A DNA stretch of 64,000 nucleotides from a virus, in IMG/VR virus record IMGVR_UViG_3300042562_002450, positions 32,001-96,000 of that record; one strand, written 5' to 3'. Made by a program: the position numbers and the translations under genes. This document shows positions 16,378 to 26,655 of the stretch, piece by piece (position 1 is the stretch's first letter; every line of letters begins with the position of its first letter). The notes under the pieces are model-generated. The model saw only the letters and a list, made by a program, of their open reading frames with translations, did no database searches and was not told the DNA's origin.

Positions 16378-18801
16378 TTGGGGAAGAGAAAAATGATTAA
16401 AAATTATGAAGAGGTAATCGAGAAGCTTAAAGAAAAGCTAACCGACTACCTTGAAGATAAAGGGATTAACACAAAAAGAAATTTCTTTTGTTTAAATCCT
16501 AAGCATGAAGACCATCATGCGTCTATGGGGCTTGTGCCTCAATCTAACTTTACAAAAGCTCATTGCTTTTCTTGTGGTCATTTTGCTGATATCTTTGATG
16601 CAGCATATGTCCTAGAAGGAAAACCAAAGAATGGCCCTAATCATATAACTGAAACAGTAATGTATTTAGCAAACAAATATGATATTGCAGTTGAAATGAA
16701 AGAGCTAACTGAAGAAGAAAAATACAGAATAGAAATATTCAATGCTTATAAAGAAGCAGCACACTATATTGCATCTAATCCAAGTAGTTCTGTAATCGAA
16801 GCGATTACGGCAAGAGGTTGGAATCTAGACCAATGCAAAGAAAGACTTATTGGTGGTGTTCCGTCATTCATTGAATATAAGACTCATATGAAAACTCTAG
16901 GGTTCCCTATTGCTTTCCTTGAGGGTATTGATCTTCTTAATGAGAAGATGTTTAATGAAAATACTTTAATATTTACAATAGGAGATCAACACGGAAGGCC
17001 TTGTGGCTTTAGTGCTAGGAACCTTAGGTTTGATCCTAATTCAGATTCTGATATTAAATATCTTAATACTTCTGCTCGTTGTCCTATCTATGAGAAATCA
17101 AAAAGACTCTATAACATACATAATGCCAAAATGGATAAAGGAACAATTTATCTAACTGAAGGCTGTGCTGATACTGAGGGTATGATTCAAGCCGGTGTTA
17201 CCAACACTATTGGAATTTGTGGAACTGGTTTTACTGATAATCATGTTGCTGAATTGGCTCGCTCTGGAAAGACTAATATTACATTAGTTATGGATGGGGA
17301 TAAGCCTGGGATTAAAGCAACAGAAAGAATAATAGAAAAACTTTCAGACCATAGAGACTTTTCTATATATGTTATTAATTTTCCTGATGAATTAGATCCA
17401 GATGATTTCATGAGACAGAGAGGAGTTGATGAATTCTTTAAGCTTAGAAAGTGGACTGCTTTTGAATGGAAATTAGAAACATATGATGACTCTATTGAGG
17501 TATCATTAATTCGTAAAGAAATAATTCCAATCATTGCTAGTGAGACATCTCCAATTGAAAGAGAGAAGATGATTGATACTCTATCTGAAAAGATAGATAT
17601 CTCATTCGATGCAATCAAAGAAGAAGTTCAAAACTTACTTAATGCAAATGAACAGAAAAGAAAGAAGGAAAGAGATAATGTTTTAACTGCATTAATTTCT
17701 GATCTTCGAGCTGATCCAAATAGTTGGAAACACACTTTCTCAGAAGCTCAAGCTAACCTTGAAGCTTTATCTGAAAAGCATGGAGAAGATTCGTTCTCTG
17801 CTAATGTATTTCTTAGTGAAGTGCTACACTTTAAAGAGAAAGAAGAAGCAATAGAGAACTCTACTATGACTTGTAATTTTCACAAGTGGAGAGAGTTCCA
17901 GGAAGCCATTGATGGTAACCACGGATCAACGCTTAATGTTGTTGGCGGTGGTGCTAACTGTGGTAAGACTGCAATGATGTCGAACATGGCTGCAATGCTT
18001 GCTGATATTCCTGAGTCTTTTGATGAAGACTACTTTGTCCTCTTTCATAGTATCGATGATACCTTGGAGCAATTTACTAATAGAATTGTAACTAATTTTG
18101 CAGTTGAGAAATATGCTGGAATTACCTTGAATAAAATCAAGCGTCCATCTAAGTTTCAAGATGCTAAAAGAATCAACGAAGCTAGAGAGTTTGCTTATAA
18201 GAAACTAGAAAAACTAATTAGAGAACAAAGAATTTTAATCAGAGGCGGTGAGAGTGGACGCACTGCTGCTACGCTAACCTATGCTGATGAGATGATTCGT
18301 TTTGCTAAAAAGGTACGCCCAAATTCTAAGATTGTATATTTTGGAGATAACTTTCATCGGTATCGTGATTTCTCGGGAGAGAAAGATGAACGTAATAGAT
18401 TTAAGAAACTTTCAAATGCTGCTAAAGATATGGCTAAGAGACATGACATTCCGGTTTGGTGTACTATGGAATACAATAAGACTGTAGGAACTGGTCGCCC
18501 AACAAATAATTCGATCTCTGAATCTATTGCAATGGAGTATGATGCAAATCTTATTATGCATTTGTATAATGACCTACATGTTAAGAATCAACTAGGTGAA
18601 GATCCAGATCTTTACTTTACGAGACAAGACAGCGAAGGTCGTTCTATTAAGTGTCCACGAATTGAAGCTATTATTGGAAAGAATAAACTGAATTCATTTA
18701 AGGGTTCATTGTATTTTGACTTCTATGCTGATCAATCAAGAATGCAACCAGTTAGTGCCTTTCAAGTTCAGCAAGACTTAGAAACAAAGAAGACGAGATG
18801 A
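16378..18801 (+). CDS. Fused DNA primase-helicase (DnaG zinc finger and TOPRIM, DnaB-like C-terminus)
   Basis: CLNPKHEDH..HCFSC zinc finger, YLNTS, TEG..D, MDGDKPG, DPDDF; GGGANCGKT Walker A, IEYDAN-type motif. Confidence 0.9.
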   Translation: MGKRKMIKNYEEVIEKLKEKLTDYLEDKGINTKRNFFCLNPKHEDHHASMGLVPQSNFTKAHCFSCGHFADIFDAAYVLEGKPKNGPNHITETVMYLANKYDIAVEMKELTEEEKYRIEIFNAYKEAAHYIASNPSSSVIEAITARGWNLDQCKERLIGGVPSFIEYKTHMKTLGFPIAFLEGIDLLNEKMFNENTLIFTIGDQHGRPCGFSARNLRFDPNSDSDIKYLNTSARCPIYEKSKRLYNIHNAKMDKGTIYLTEGCADTEGMIQAGVTNTIGICGTGFTDNHVAELARSGKTNITLVMDGDKPGIKATERIIEKLSDHRDFSIYVINFPDELDPDDFMRQRGVDEFFKLRKWTAFEWKLETYDDSIEVSLIRKEIIPIIASETSPIEREKMIDTLSEKIDISFDAIKEEVQNLLNANEQKRKKERDNVLTALISDLRADPNSWKHTFSEAQANLEALSEKHGEDSFSANVFLSEVLHFKEKEEAIENSTMTCNFHKWREFQEAIDGNHGSTLNVVGGGANCGKTAMMSNMAAMLADIPESFDEDYFVLFHSIDDTLEQFTNRIVTNFAVEKYAGITLNKIKRPSKFQDAKRINEAREFAYKKLEKLIREQRILIRGGESGRTAATLTYADEMIRFAKKVRPNSKIVYFGDNFHRYRDFSGEKDERNRFKKLSNAAKDMAKRHDIPVWCTMEYNKTVGTGRPTNNSISESIAMEYDANLIMHLYNDLHVKNQLGEDPDLYFTRQDSEGRSIKCPRIEAIIGKNKLNSFKGSLYFDFYADQSRMQPVSAFQVQQDLETKKTR

Positions 18802-19511
18802 GATTAGATATCGCAGACATTAATCGAATTAATACCTGTGGTATCCTCAAGAAGAATAATTGGGATTACGAACAAGAAAATAGTAGTAATCCCTCTTATT
18901 TGCTTGGTATGAAAGAGATAATTAGATGGCATTATAAAAGGAATAGACCAATTGATACTGTTAACTTTATGGCTTTTATCAGTAAGCTTTACTTAAGAGT
19001 AAAGATAAGTCATGAAGAAAAAATTCAGTTAGAAAAAGCGTTTAGAGAATTTATTAATTCTGCTTTTTATCAAAGAATGAATCAAGTCTTTATTAATTAT
19101 AGTTCTGATATTAAGATTAACAAGCAAGACTATCTTGAATATCAGATACCTGTTTTTATAAATAATAAAGATGAACCTACATTCCTTTATTACAATTTAG
19201 GGAATGAATCTAAAAATTTATTCTTACAGAGATATGAGATAATGCACAATGCTATCTGGTCCTTTTATCATTTAAATAGATTGCCTGTTTTTGTTAATGT
19301 TTGGTTTGATGGAAAGAAAATCAAACATGAGACTATAAAGGTTAATGAAAAGTATATTCAAAAATCCAAAAAAAACCTAATCATTATAGGTAATAATTTA
19401 GATATATTTATCACACCCCCTATTCAAAGATGTATTAGTTGCAGTAAGATAGTAGAGTGTGAACGCTTTAATGAAAAGAAGAGAGGCCGCAATGACCAAA
19501 GATCAAATTAA
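18798..19511 (+). CDS. Hypothetical protein, possibly a degenerate Cas4/PD-(D/E)xK fold
   Basis: N-terminal Cys (NTC) and C-terminal CISC..VEC. Confidence 0.4.
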   Translation: MRLDIADINRINTCGILKKNNWDYEQENSSNPSYLLGMKEIIRWHYKRNRPIDTVNFMAFISKLYLRVKISHEEKIQLEKAFREFINSAFYQRMNQVFINYSSDIKINKQDYLEYQIPVFINNKDEPTFLYYNLGNESKNLFLQRYEIMHNAIWSFYHLNRLPVFVNVWFDGKKIKHETIKVNEKYIQKSKKNLIIIGNNLDIFITPPIQRCISCSKIVECERFNEKKRGRNDQRSN

Positions 19512-19719
19512 AAATAAGACAAAAGAAAATCTTCAGAAGAATGCTTATGCTCGTAAGATTGGCAATCAATATGAGTTTTTAAAAAAATGGGATAGTGGTG
19601 CCATGACTGGAATCGAATGCATTGAAGCTATCGAAATGGAAGGTCAAATCTTTAGGATAGATAATGATTTAATTAATTTAAATAAATTTCCACCAATTAA
19701 CCTTCCAAAGAGTACATGA
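19459..19719 (+). CDS. Hypothetical protein (likely start 19492)
   Basis: GAGG RBS before MTKDQ. Confidence 0.6.
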   Translation: MNALMKRREAAMTKDQIKNKTKENLQKNAYARKIGNQYEFLKKWDSGAMTGIECIEAIEMEGQIFRIDNDLINLNKFPPINLPKST

Positions 19720-19871
19720 TGGATGAAATTATCTTTAAAGATATATTAGGTAAAACTAAGATGAAAATAAAAGGTGAAGACCTAATCATCATAGAAGATT
19801 TGAAAAAAAAGAAAAAAGAAAAAGAAAAAAAAGAAGAGAAAAAAGATGAAAACAAAAGTAGTGAAGGCTAA
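19716..19871 (+). CDS. 51 aa Lys/Glu-rich peptide
   Basis: ATGA-coupled; purine-only tract 19802-19846 encodes KKKKKEKEKKEEKK. Confidence 0.4.
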   Translation: MMDEIIFKDILGKTKMKIKGEDLIIIEDLKKKKKEKEKKEEKKDENKSSEG

Positions 19872-20295
19872 GTATTATGCTGAAACTGGTGACATCATTC
19901 CTCTAGATCCTCAACCCGTTAGGGTGCAAGGGTTATATAGCTATGCCAGATCAGGAACTGATGAGGCTGGTGAATATGTTGTGATTGATTTTATGACAGA
20001 AGAAGATGTTTACTTCGGATACGATGCAGCAAATCAATTAACTAGTCAACCTTTAGAAATAAATATCACAGAGGACGAATGGAACAAACCAGTGGAAAAC
20101 GATACAGAAACTATGGATATGCAAAACCAAGGAAATGCGGGAAATGCGAATCCACCTACTTTACAAAAGTCTCCTATAATCAATTTAAAGATGAGTCCTC
20201 AGACCTCCTTAACGGTGATAGGGAAATCGACCCCGACCATAAAGCAACGCTTCTCAAATGTTTGGGATGCGATAACCTCGAACTTCCTTCGATAA
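19846..20295 (+). CDS. Hypothetical protein
   Basis: 149 aa ORF; 3' half overlaps next ORF. Confidence 0.5.
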   Translation: MKTKVVKAKYYAETGDIIPLDPQPVRVQGLYSYARSGTDEAGEYVVIDFMTEEDVYFGYDAANQLTSQPLEINITEDEWNKPVENDTETMDMQNQGNAGNANPPTLQKSPIINLKMSPQTSLTVIGKSTPTIKQRFSNVWDAITSNFLR

Positions 20296-20378
20296 CTTAT
20301 GGCTACGCTAGTGGACTAGAGTTAGAGATAGCAAATGACGTAAGTAAGATACTTGAAAAACGTAAGGCAAAAGTGTAA
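20079..20378 (+). CDS. Zinc-ribbon protein
   Basis: CGKC and CLGC pairs; GAGG RBS. Confidence 0.65.
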   Translation: MEQTSGKRYRNYGYAKPRKCGKCESTYFTKVSYNQFKDESSDLLNGDREIDPDHKATLLKCLGCDNLELPSITYGYASGLELEIANDVSKILEKRKAKV

Positions 20379-20382
20379 CTAA

Positions 20383-20673
20383 ATGGAACTTATTTATCCA
20401 ACAGCTAAGAACAATACTTTTCAGAACTTAAAAGAACTTCCATCCATAAGGGGTGGAGGTTCTAATTACTTCATGCTCTCAACTGTTAAGTCAGGGCTTG
20501 ATATGTATATCTGTTTCTGTAACGCAGAAAGAGATAAAGTTTATATTGAAAAGACTACTTACCTTAATCCTAACAGATACTTGTGTATGGAAGACCTTAC
20601 CTTCGTGGAAAACGAAGAAGAATTCAAACGAATTCATAATTTTTTAATTGAAAAAGGGATACTAGATGGGTAA
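20383..20673 (+). CDS. Hypothetical protein
   Basis: 96 aa ORF in co-directional run. Confidence 0.65.
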   Translation: MELIYPTAKNNTFQNLKELPSIRGGGSNYFMLSTVKSGLDMYICFCNAERDKVYIEKTTYLNPNRYLCMEDLTFVENEEEFKRIHNFLIEKGILDG

Positions 20674-20893
20674 TATAGAGTTCTTTAAGAAAGAGATAAC
20701 ACAGGAATTTAAGAATCATGTTAAAAAAGAGCTAGGGTCTAAAGCCTTAACTTTTATAAAGGATGAAATTAACATCTTTTTAAATAAAAAAATAGAAGAA
20801 CTAAAGAAACCAAAAAATGATTACACAGTCCAGCCACAATACACTAATAGAAAGGATAAAAATCCTAACCAATCTCAATGGGTTAGAGAATAG
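20666..20893 (+). CDS. Hypothetical protein
   Basis: 75 aa ORF. Confidence 0.55.
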   Translation: MGNIEFFKKEITQEFKNHVKKELGSKALTFIKDEINIFLNKKIEELKKPKNDYTVQPQYTNRKDKNPNQSQWVRE

Positions 20894-21218
20894 ATCTGGT
20901 CTATTGTGTGATGTTACAGAATTTCTGTATAGACTAAAATCATTTGATGACTATCAGAGCATGTCAATGCCTGATAATATTTCAGCAGATAACTTTGATA
21001 ATTCAATTACATTTGAATGGATAAAGAAAGACAAACTTAAAATAGATACGCTACTCGTTACATTTCATGGAAATCAGTCTATACAAATAGAAGCGAGCTA
21101 TCCACGAGTGGATCTCAAGCTTGAGAATAGCTTTCCTCTGAATGAAGACATGGCAAACCTTGTTACAACTCACTTAGATAATTTTAAACAACCATTAAAA
21201 AAGAAACGCTACAAGTAA
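20817..21218 (+). CDS. Hypothetical protein
   Basis: 133 aa ORF. Confidence 0.6.
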   Translation: MITQSSHNTLIERIKILTNLNGLENRSGLLCDVTEFLYRLKSFDDYQSMSMPDNISADNFDNSITFEWIKKDKLKIDTLLVTFHGNQSIQIEASYPRVDLKLENSFPLNEDMANLVTTHLDNFKQPLKKKRYK

Positions 21219-21280
21219 GAATCAAGACGTTCCTTATTATTACTAGATAGTCCTACATTTACTTGTAGTAGATTATTTAA

Positions 21281-22276
21281 TTGCTTTTAAAAATTCAACA
21301 AGGTTTAGATATGGAAAGAATACTAGAGAAAAATGACAAGCGACTCGTCGCGCTACCTATATTGCATCAAGACCTATGGGATATGTATAAGAAATGCATA
21401 GATACTATTTGGTTTGCAGAAGAATTAGATTTAGAGTCCGACAGGACAGATTGGAATAAGCTCAATGATAAAGAGCAATATTTCATTAAAAATATATTAG
21501 CTTTCTTTGCCGCCAGCGATGGAATTGTTAATGAAAATCTTTGTAGTAGATTTGCAAATGAGATTCAACTATATGAAGCCCGATCATTTTATCATCTTCA
21601 GATGACAATGGAAGATATTCATAGTGAAACTTATGCTTTGCTAATTGATACATACATCAAAGACACACAAGAGAAAGAAAGACTTTTCAATGCTATTTCA
21701 ACAATACCATGTGTTAAAGAAAAAGCAGACTGGGCTTTCAAGTGGATAACATCTTCAGAATCCTTTGCTCAGAGATTAATAGCCTTTGCCATAGTGGAAG
21801 GTGTATTCTTCTCAGGCTCATTCTGTGCGATCTACTGGTTAAAAAAACGTGGGTTAATGCCAGGCCTCTGTACATCAAATGAATTTATCTCAAGAGATGA
21901 AGGAATGCATACTGACTTTGCAGCACTTCTTTATAGAAACTATATAGAAAATAAGCTATCAGAGTCTGAAGTTCATTCTATGTTTGCACAAGCAATTGAA
22001 ATTGAAAAAAAATTCATCACAGAATCAATACCAGTATCTCTTATCGGTATGAACTCAGAACTAATGGGTCAGTACTTAGAATTTACTGCAGACTTGCTTC
22101 TTAGGGACTTAGGATACAGATCACTTTTTAATTCTAAAAACCCATTTGAATGGATGGAATTAATTGCACTTGAAGGTAAAACTAATTTCTTTGAAAAAAA
22201 AGTATCAGAATATAAAAAACCAGGCATCGGAGTTGAAGCATCTCAGAATGCTTTTGCCTTAGATGCTGACTTTTAG
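21281..22276 (+). CDS. nrdB: Class Ia ribonucleotide reductase beta subunit (likely start ATG 21311)
   Basis: FFAASDGIVNENL, EDIHSETY (radical Tyr), VEGVFFSGSF, SRDEGMH. Confidence 0.96.
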   Translation: MLLKIQQGLDMERILEKNDKRLVALPILHQDLWDMYKKCIDTIWFAEELDLESDRTDWNKLNDKEQYFIKNILAFFAASDGIVNENLCSRFANEIQLYEARSFYHLQMTMEDIHSETYALLIDTYIKDTQEKERLFNAISTIPCVKEKADWAFKWITSSESFAQRLIAFAIVEGVFFSGSFCAIYWLKKRGLMPGLCTSNEFISRDEGMHTDFAALLYRNYIENKLSESEVHSMFAQAIEIEKKFITESIPVSLIGMNSELMGQYLEFTADLLLRDLGYRSLFNSKNPFEWMELIALEGKTNFFEKKVSEYKKPGIGVEASQNAFALDADF

Positions 22277-22286
22277 GGGAAAATAA

Positions 22287-24635
22287 ATGTCTTACGTTAT
22301 GAAACGAGATGGAAAGAAAGAGTCAATTAAGTTTGATAAGATTACTTCCCGTATAAAGAAGCAATGCTACAATCTTTCTTCACATATTGATCCCTATATA
22401 GTTGCTAAAAAAGTAATTGAAGGTGTATTCGAAGGGATTAGCACATATGAAATAGATACCCTAGCATCTGAGACAGCTGCTTATATGTCTACTAATCATC
22501 CTGACTACTCTTTGTTGGCAGGTCGTATTGCAATCTCTAATCTTCACAAGCAATGGTCTAAAAAGTTTAGTGATTGCATTGAAGATCTATATAACTATAT
22601 TAATCCAAAAAATAATAAGAGTTCACCTTTAATTTCTAATGAAGTTTATGCTATTGTTCAGCAGCACAAAGACCTACTTGATGCTAGCATTATTCATGAT
22701 CGAGATCTTGAGTATGACTTTTTTGGATACAGAACTTTAGAGAAATCTTATTTACTAAGAACTAATGGAACTCCAAGAGAAACCCCTCAATTTATGATAA
22801 TGAGAGTTGCTCTCGGTATCCATGGAAACAATATTCAAAAAGTATTAGAAACTTATGAGTGGATGTCTCAAGGGTTCTTTACCCATGCAACTCCTACTTT
22901 ATTTAATGCAGGCACACCAAAGCCTCAGATGTCTTCATGCTTTCTTCTTGCAATGAAAGAAGACTCAATTACAGGTATCTATGATACTCTTAAGGATTGT
23001 GCTCTTATCTCTCAGAGTGCAGGTGGGATTGGTGTTCACATTCACAACGTAAGAGCCAAAGGGTCATATATTGCTGGAACAAATGGATCATCTAATGGAA
23101 TACTTCCAATGCTTAGAGTCTATAATGCAACTGCTAGATATGTTGATCAAGGGGGCGGTAAACGAAAAGGTTCGTTTGCTATGTATCTTGAGCCATGGCA
23201 TGCAGACATTCTAGACTTCCTAGATGCTAGAAAGAATTCAGGTAAAGATGAAGTAAGAGCAAGGGATTTATCTTATGCTTTATGGATACCTGATCTATTT
23301 ATGAAAAGAGTTGAGACAAGTTCTCATTGGACATTAATGTGTCCAAATGAATGCCCAGGATTATCAGATGCATATGGTCGAGAATTTGAAACACTTTACA
23401 TGAAATATGAAGCTGAAGGTAAAGGCAAAAAAGTTGAAGCTAGAGACCTTTGGTTCTCTGTTTTAGATTGTCAAATTGAAACTGGTTATCCTTATATGCT
23501 TTATAAAGATTCCATTAATCATAAAACTAATCAGAAGAACTTAGGTACAATCAAGTCTTCAAACCTTTGTACAGAAATAATGCAGTATACTTCTCAAAAA
23601 GAAATTGCTGTTTGTAATTTAGCTTCAATCGCCTTACCTCGTTTTGTCGAGACAGTTAAAGGTGTATCTAAATTCAATTATGAAAAGTTCATGAACTGTG
23701 TTGAAGTTGCCACCTATAACCTAAATCAAGTTATAGATCGTAACTTCTATCCTGTAAAAGAAGCTGAGTATTCCAACAAAAGGCATCGCCCGATTGGACT
23801 TGGTGTTCAAGGATTAGCAGATGTATTTGCAATTATTCGTGTGAGCTTTGATAGCGCAGAAGCTAAAGATTTAAATAAGAAAATATTTGAAGCTCTTTAC
23901 TTTGCTGCATTAAAGCAGTCATTAGAGATTGCAAAAAAAGAAGGTAAGTATGAAAGCTTTGATGGCTCTCCTGCCTCTAATGGTGAACTTCAGTTCGACC
24001 TCTGGGGAGTAGAACCAACACTTGGTCTTGAATGGGATAAACTAAAAAAAGATATTATTAAGCATGGGCTTCGTAACTCTCTATTAGTTGCTCCTATGCC
24101 TACTGCGTCTACTGCTCAGATTCTAGGAAACAATGAATGCTTTGAGCCATTTACGTCTATGATGTATTCTCGACGCGTTCTTTCTGGAGAATTTGCAGTT
24201 GTAAATAAATACTTAGTTAAAGATTTGGTTGGATTAGAACTATGGAATGAATCTCTCAAGAATAAAATCATTGCAGAGAAAGGATCCGTACAGAATATTC
24301 CAGAAATACCTGACTCACTAAAAAGTATTTACAAAACTGTTTGGGAAATTTCAATGAAAGATATTCAGCAAATGGCAGCAGATCGTGGTGCGTTTATTGA
24401 TCAGTCTCAATCAATGAATCTTTGGATAAAAGACCCTAACTATGCGAAATTAAGCTCAATGCATTTCAATGGATGGAAGCTTGGACTTAAGACTGGAATG
24501 TATTACTTAAGAACAAAAGCTTCAACTGCTGCACGATCTATTTTTAGAGAAGATGAAGCGGTTAAGACTGAAGCAGTAGATCAAATCTCTTGCTCTTTAG
24601 ATGCTCCAGAAGATTGCATGGCATGTGGCAGTTAG
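22287..24635 (+). CDS. nrdA: Class Ia ribonucleotide reductase alpha subunit with ATP cone
   Basis: MKRDG ATP cone, [33 protein letters not shown]-terminal CMAC. Confidence 0.97.
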   Translation: MSYVMKRDGKKESIKFDKITSRIKKQCYNLSSHIDPYIVAKKVIEGVFEGISTYEIDTLASETAAYMSTNHPDYSLLAGRIAISNLHKQWSKKFSDCIEDLYNYINPKNNKSSPLISNEVYAIVQQHKDLLDASIIHDRDLEYDFFGYRTLEKSYLLRTNGTPRETPQFMIMRVALGIHGNNIQKVLETYEWMSQGFFTHATPTLFNAGTPKPQMSSCFLLAMKEDSITGIYDTLKDCALISQSAGGIGVHIHNVRAKGSYIAGTNGSSNGILPMLRVYNATARYVDQGGGKRKGSFAMYLEPWHADILDFLDARKNSGKDEVRARDLSYALWIPDLFMKRVETSSHWTLMCPNECPGLSDAYGREFETLYMKYEAEGKGKKVEARDLWFSVLDCQIETGYPYMLYKDSINHKTNQKNLGTIKSSNLCTEIMQYTSQKEIAVCNLASIALPRFVETVKGVSKFNYEKFMNCVEVATYNLNQVIDRNFYPVKEAEYSNKRHRPIGLGVQGLADVFAIIRVSFDSAEAKDLNKKIFEALYFAALKQSLEIAKKEGKYESFDGSPASNGELQFDLWGVEPTLGLEWDKLKKDIIKHGLRNSLLVAPMPTASTAQILGNNECFEPFTSMMYSRRVLSGEFAVVNKYLVKDLVGLELWNESLKNKIIAEKGSVQNIPEIPDSLKSIYKTVWEISMKDIQQMAADRGAFIDQSQSMNLWIKDPNYAKLSSMHFNGWKLGLKTGMYYLRTKASTAARSIFREDEAVKTEAVDQISCSLDAPEDCMACGS

Positions 24636-24637
24636 TA

Positions 24638-24665
24638 TTGACTCATGCTTACTTATTAGTATAAA
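24638..24665 (+). promoter_or_regulatory. Sigma70-like promoter
   Basis: TTGACT-16 nt-TATAAA. Confidence 0.55.
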
Positions 24666-24671
24666 CTATAA

Positions 24672-24757
24672 CTCAGATTTACTTCTTCCCGTAACTTAGT
24701 GAATCTTTCAACACCTCTAGCCTCTGGCGTTTACCTCCTTTTCGTCAGAGGCCTTTT
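24672..24757 (+). ncRNA. Candidate small RNA with anti-SD loop, ending in a terminator-like hairpin
   Basis: Stems GATTTAC/GTGAATC and GCCTCTGGCG/CGTCAGAGGC (loop TTTACCTCCTTTT), then CTTTT. Confidence 0.45.
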
Positions 24758-24774
24758 AAATTCAAGGAAATTTT

Positions 24775-25212
24775 ATGACAGAAAAAAATCAATTTGATTT
24801 AAAGATTAATCTATTGCATCAAAAAATTTCAGAACTTCAGAAAGAAGTTGAAAAAACTGAAATTGAAAGAAGAGATAATTATAAAAATTTTAAATCAAAA
24901 GCAAGAGAACAACAACTAAAGCTGTACTCTGAAACCGTAGATGAACTAATTGGTGAACGCTATGGAGATTCTTATTTCGTAACTGCTCTGGCTAAAGTTC
25001 CAGAAGAATGTAGTAATGAAAATGGAGATCACTATACAACTCTTGCCTCTCTTAATTTAAGTAAAGAACAAACAATTAAACTTGTTTATCGACTTGATAG
25101 TTTATTGGTTGCTCATCAAAATGAAGAGGCTGTAGAATCTCAACCAGTTTCTCTATTTAATTTTATGAAGATGTTTAACTTGCCACCTCAAAAAGGCGTT
25201 AAGGCATCTTGA
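24775..25212 (+). CDS. Hypothetical protein with N-terminal coiled coil
   Basis: 145 aa ORF; AAGGA RBS. Confidence 0.7.
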   Translation: MTEKNQFDLKINLLHQKISELQKEVEKTEIERRDNYKNFKSKAREQQLKLYSETVDELIGERYGDSYFVTALAKVPEECSNENGDHYTTLASLNLSKEQTIKLVYRLDSLLVAHQNEEAVESQPVSLFNFMKMFNLPPQKGVKAS

Positions 25213-26093
25213 TGAAAAGTAATAAAAATGAACTTGAATATCTTAATGCCTTATCCACAATAAGAAATAAAGGTATTCTTGAACCAGACAGAACTGGCAC
25301 TGGGACATTTCGATATCCTGGCATAACAATGAAGTTTGACCTTCAAGACGGCTTCCCTTTACTAACAACAAAGAAGATACTATTTTATCCGATGACAGTC
25401 GAACTACTATGGTTTCTTCAAGGTCGTAATGATCTTAAATGGTTACAAGAAAGGAACTGCAATATCTGGAATTCATGGCATGATGAAAATCATTCTATTG
25501 GAAGAGGATATGGAGTTCAATGGAGAAGATGGGCTAAAGGTGCAATACATTTTGTTGATCAGTTAAAAGAAGTGATCACTACACTTCGGACTAATCCTCA
25601 ATCTCGTCGCATTATAGTCTCAGCTTGGAATGTTGGTGAAATAGAACAAATGGTCTTACCACCTTGTCACTTTGCACATCAATACATTGCCATTAATGGT
25701 ACATTACATATGATAATGCATCAAAGAAGTGGTGATTTTTTTCTTGGTGTTCCTTTTAATATCGCTTCTTATGCTTTACTGTTGCATATTATAGCCAAAG
25801 AAGTTGGAATGAAAGTCGGAACACTAACTCACACTGTTGGTGATGCTCACATATACTCTAATCATATCGATCAAGTAGATGAGCAACTCTCTAGAGAACC
25901 ACTAACACCTCCTGAGTTAATCTTGAGTGATGGTATGTTCTCTCAATCTTGGACAGATAGTAAAGATGAAGCAGGTCTCCTGTGGTGGCTTTTAAATAAA
26001 GCTAGTGAGATCAGTCTTGAAGAAATAAAAGACATGATAAAGTTAGATAACTATCAATGTCATTCTTTCATTAAAGCTCCAGTAGCTGTGTAA
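25209..26093 (+). CDS. thyA: Thymidylate synthase
   Basis: DRTGTGT, FPLLTTKK, SRRIIVSAWN, LPPCH, QRSGDFFLGVPFNIASY, DAHIYSNH. Confidence 0.97.
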   Translation: MMKSNKNELEYLNALSTIRNKGILEPDRTGTGTFRYPGITMKFDLQDGFPLLTTKKILFYPMTVELLWFLQGRNDLKWLQERNCNIWNSWHDENHSIGRGYGVQWRRWAKGAIHFVDQLKEVITTLRTNPQSRRIIVSAWNVGEIEQMVLPPCHFAHQYIAINGTLHMIMHQRSGDFFLGVPFNIASYALLLHIIAKEVGMKVGTLTHTVGDAHIYSNHIDQVDEQLSREPLTPPELILSDGMFSQSWTDSKDEAGLLWWLLNKASEISLEEIKDMIKLDNYQCHSFIKAPVAV

Positions 26094-26122
26094 GAAAAAG
26101 TTAGCCTCTAAAACTTTTACGG

Positions 26123-26182
26123 CCTCCCCGATCTATGTGATTATTATTATAAGTAGTCATATGAATCTGGGGAGGTTTTTTT
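26123..26182 (+). terminator. Hairpin plus T7 whose 3' arm is the SD of the next gene
   Basis: CCTCCCC 26123-26129 pairs with GGGGAGG 26169-26175; T run; ATG 26183. Confidence 0.65.
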
Positions 26183-26395
26183 ATGGCAAAGTCCAGAAAG
26201 TGCAGATGCAATACAATTGCACGAGACGAGGATCGTGACTTCTTACTAACAAACCATCACCCGCAATGTCCAGTGTTCAATCCAGCATCAGAACTTTTTG
26301 ATCTTGAAATGCAATGCCGAAAATTCATGGGCATTATCATAGAGCTTAAAGGTAAGATTAGCGAGATGCAGAATATTGCTGATCGGGTTGATTAA
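26183..26395 (+). CDS. Small Cys/His-containing hypothetical protein
   Basis: 70 aa, CRC..HHPQC, strong SD. Confidence 0.65.
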   Translation: MAKSRKCRCNTIARDEDRDFLLTNHHPQCPVFNPASELFDLEMQCRKFMGIIIELKGKISEMQNIADRVD

Positions 26396-26655
26396 TGAAA
26401 AAAATATTACTCTATGTGTTTTTGATAGTTATATCTGATCCATATAGAGGAATTAACTATAATCAAATTAATGTCTATGATGTGAATTACTGTAGTAATT
26501 ATTGCTATAACCAAAACGATAAAGACTATGCATATTTTGACAATGAAGATGTTGAAGAAATAGAAGATGACTATAGAGATGGAGAGGACTCAGAAGATTC
26601 AGAAGACAATATGCCTTTAATCTTTAATCTTGACGATTGGTTGAAAAAAAAATAA
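26395..26655 (+). CDS. Small acidic hypothetical protein with hydrophobic N-terminus
   Basis: 86 aa, MKKILLYVFLIV. Confidence 0.55.
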   Translation: MKKILLYVFLIVISDPYRGINYNQINVYDVNYCSNYCYNQNDKDYAYFDNEDVEEIEDDYRDGEDSEDSEDNMPLIFNLDDWLKKK

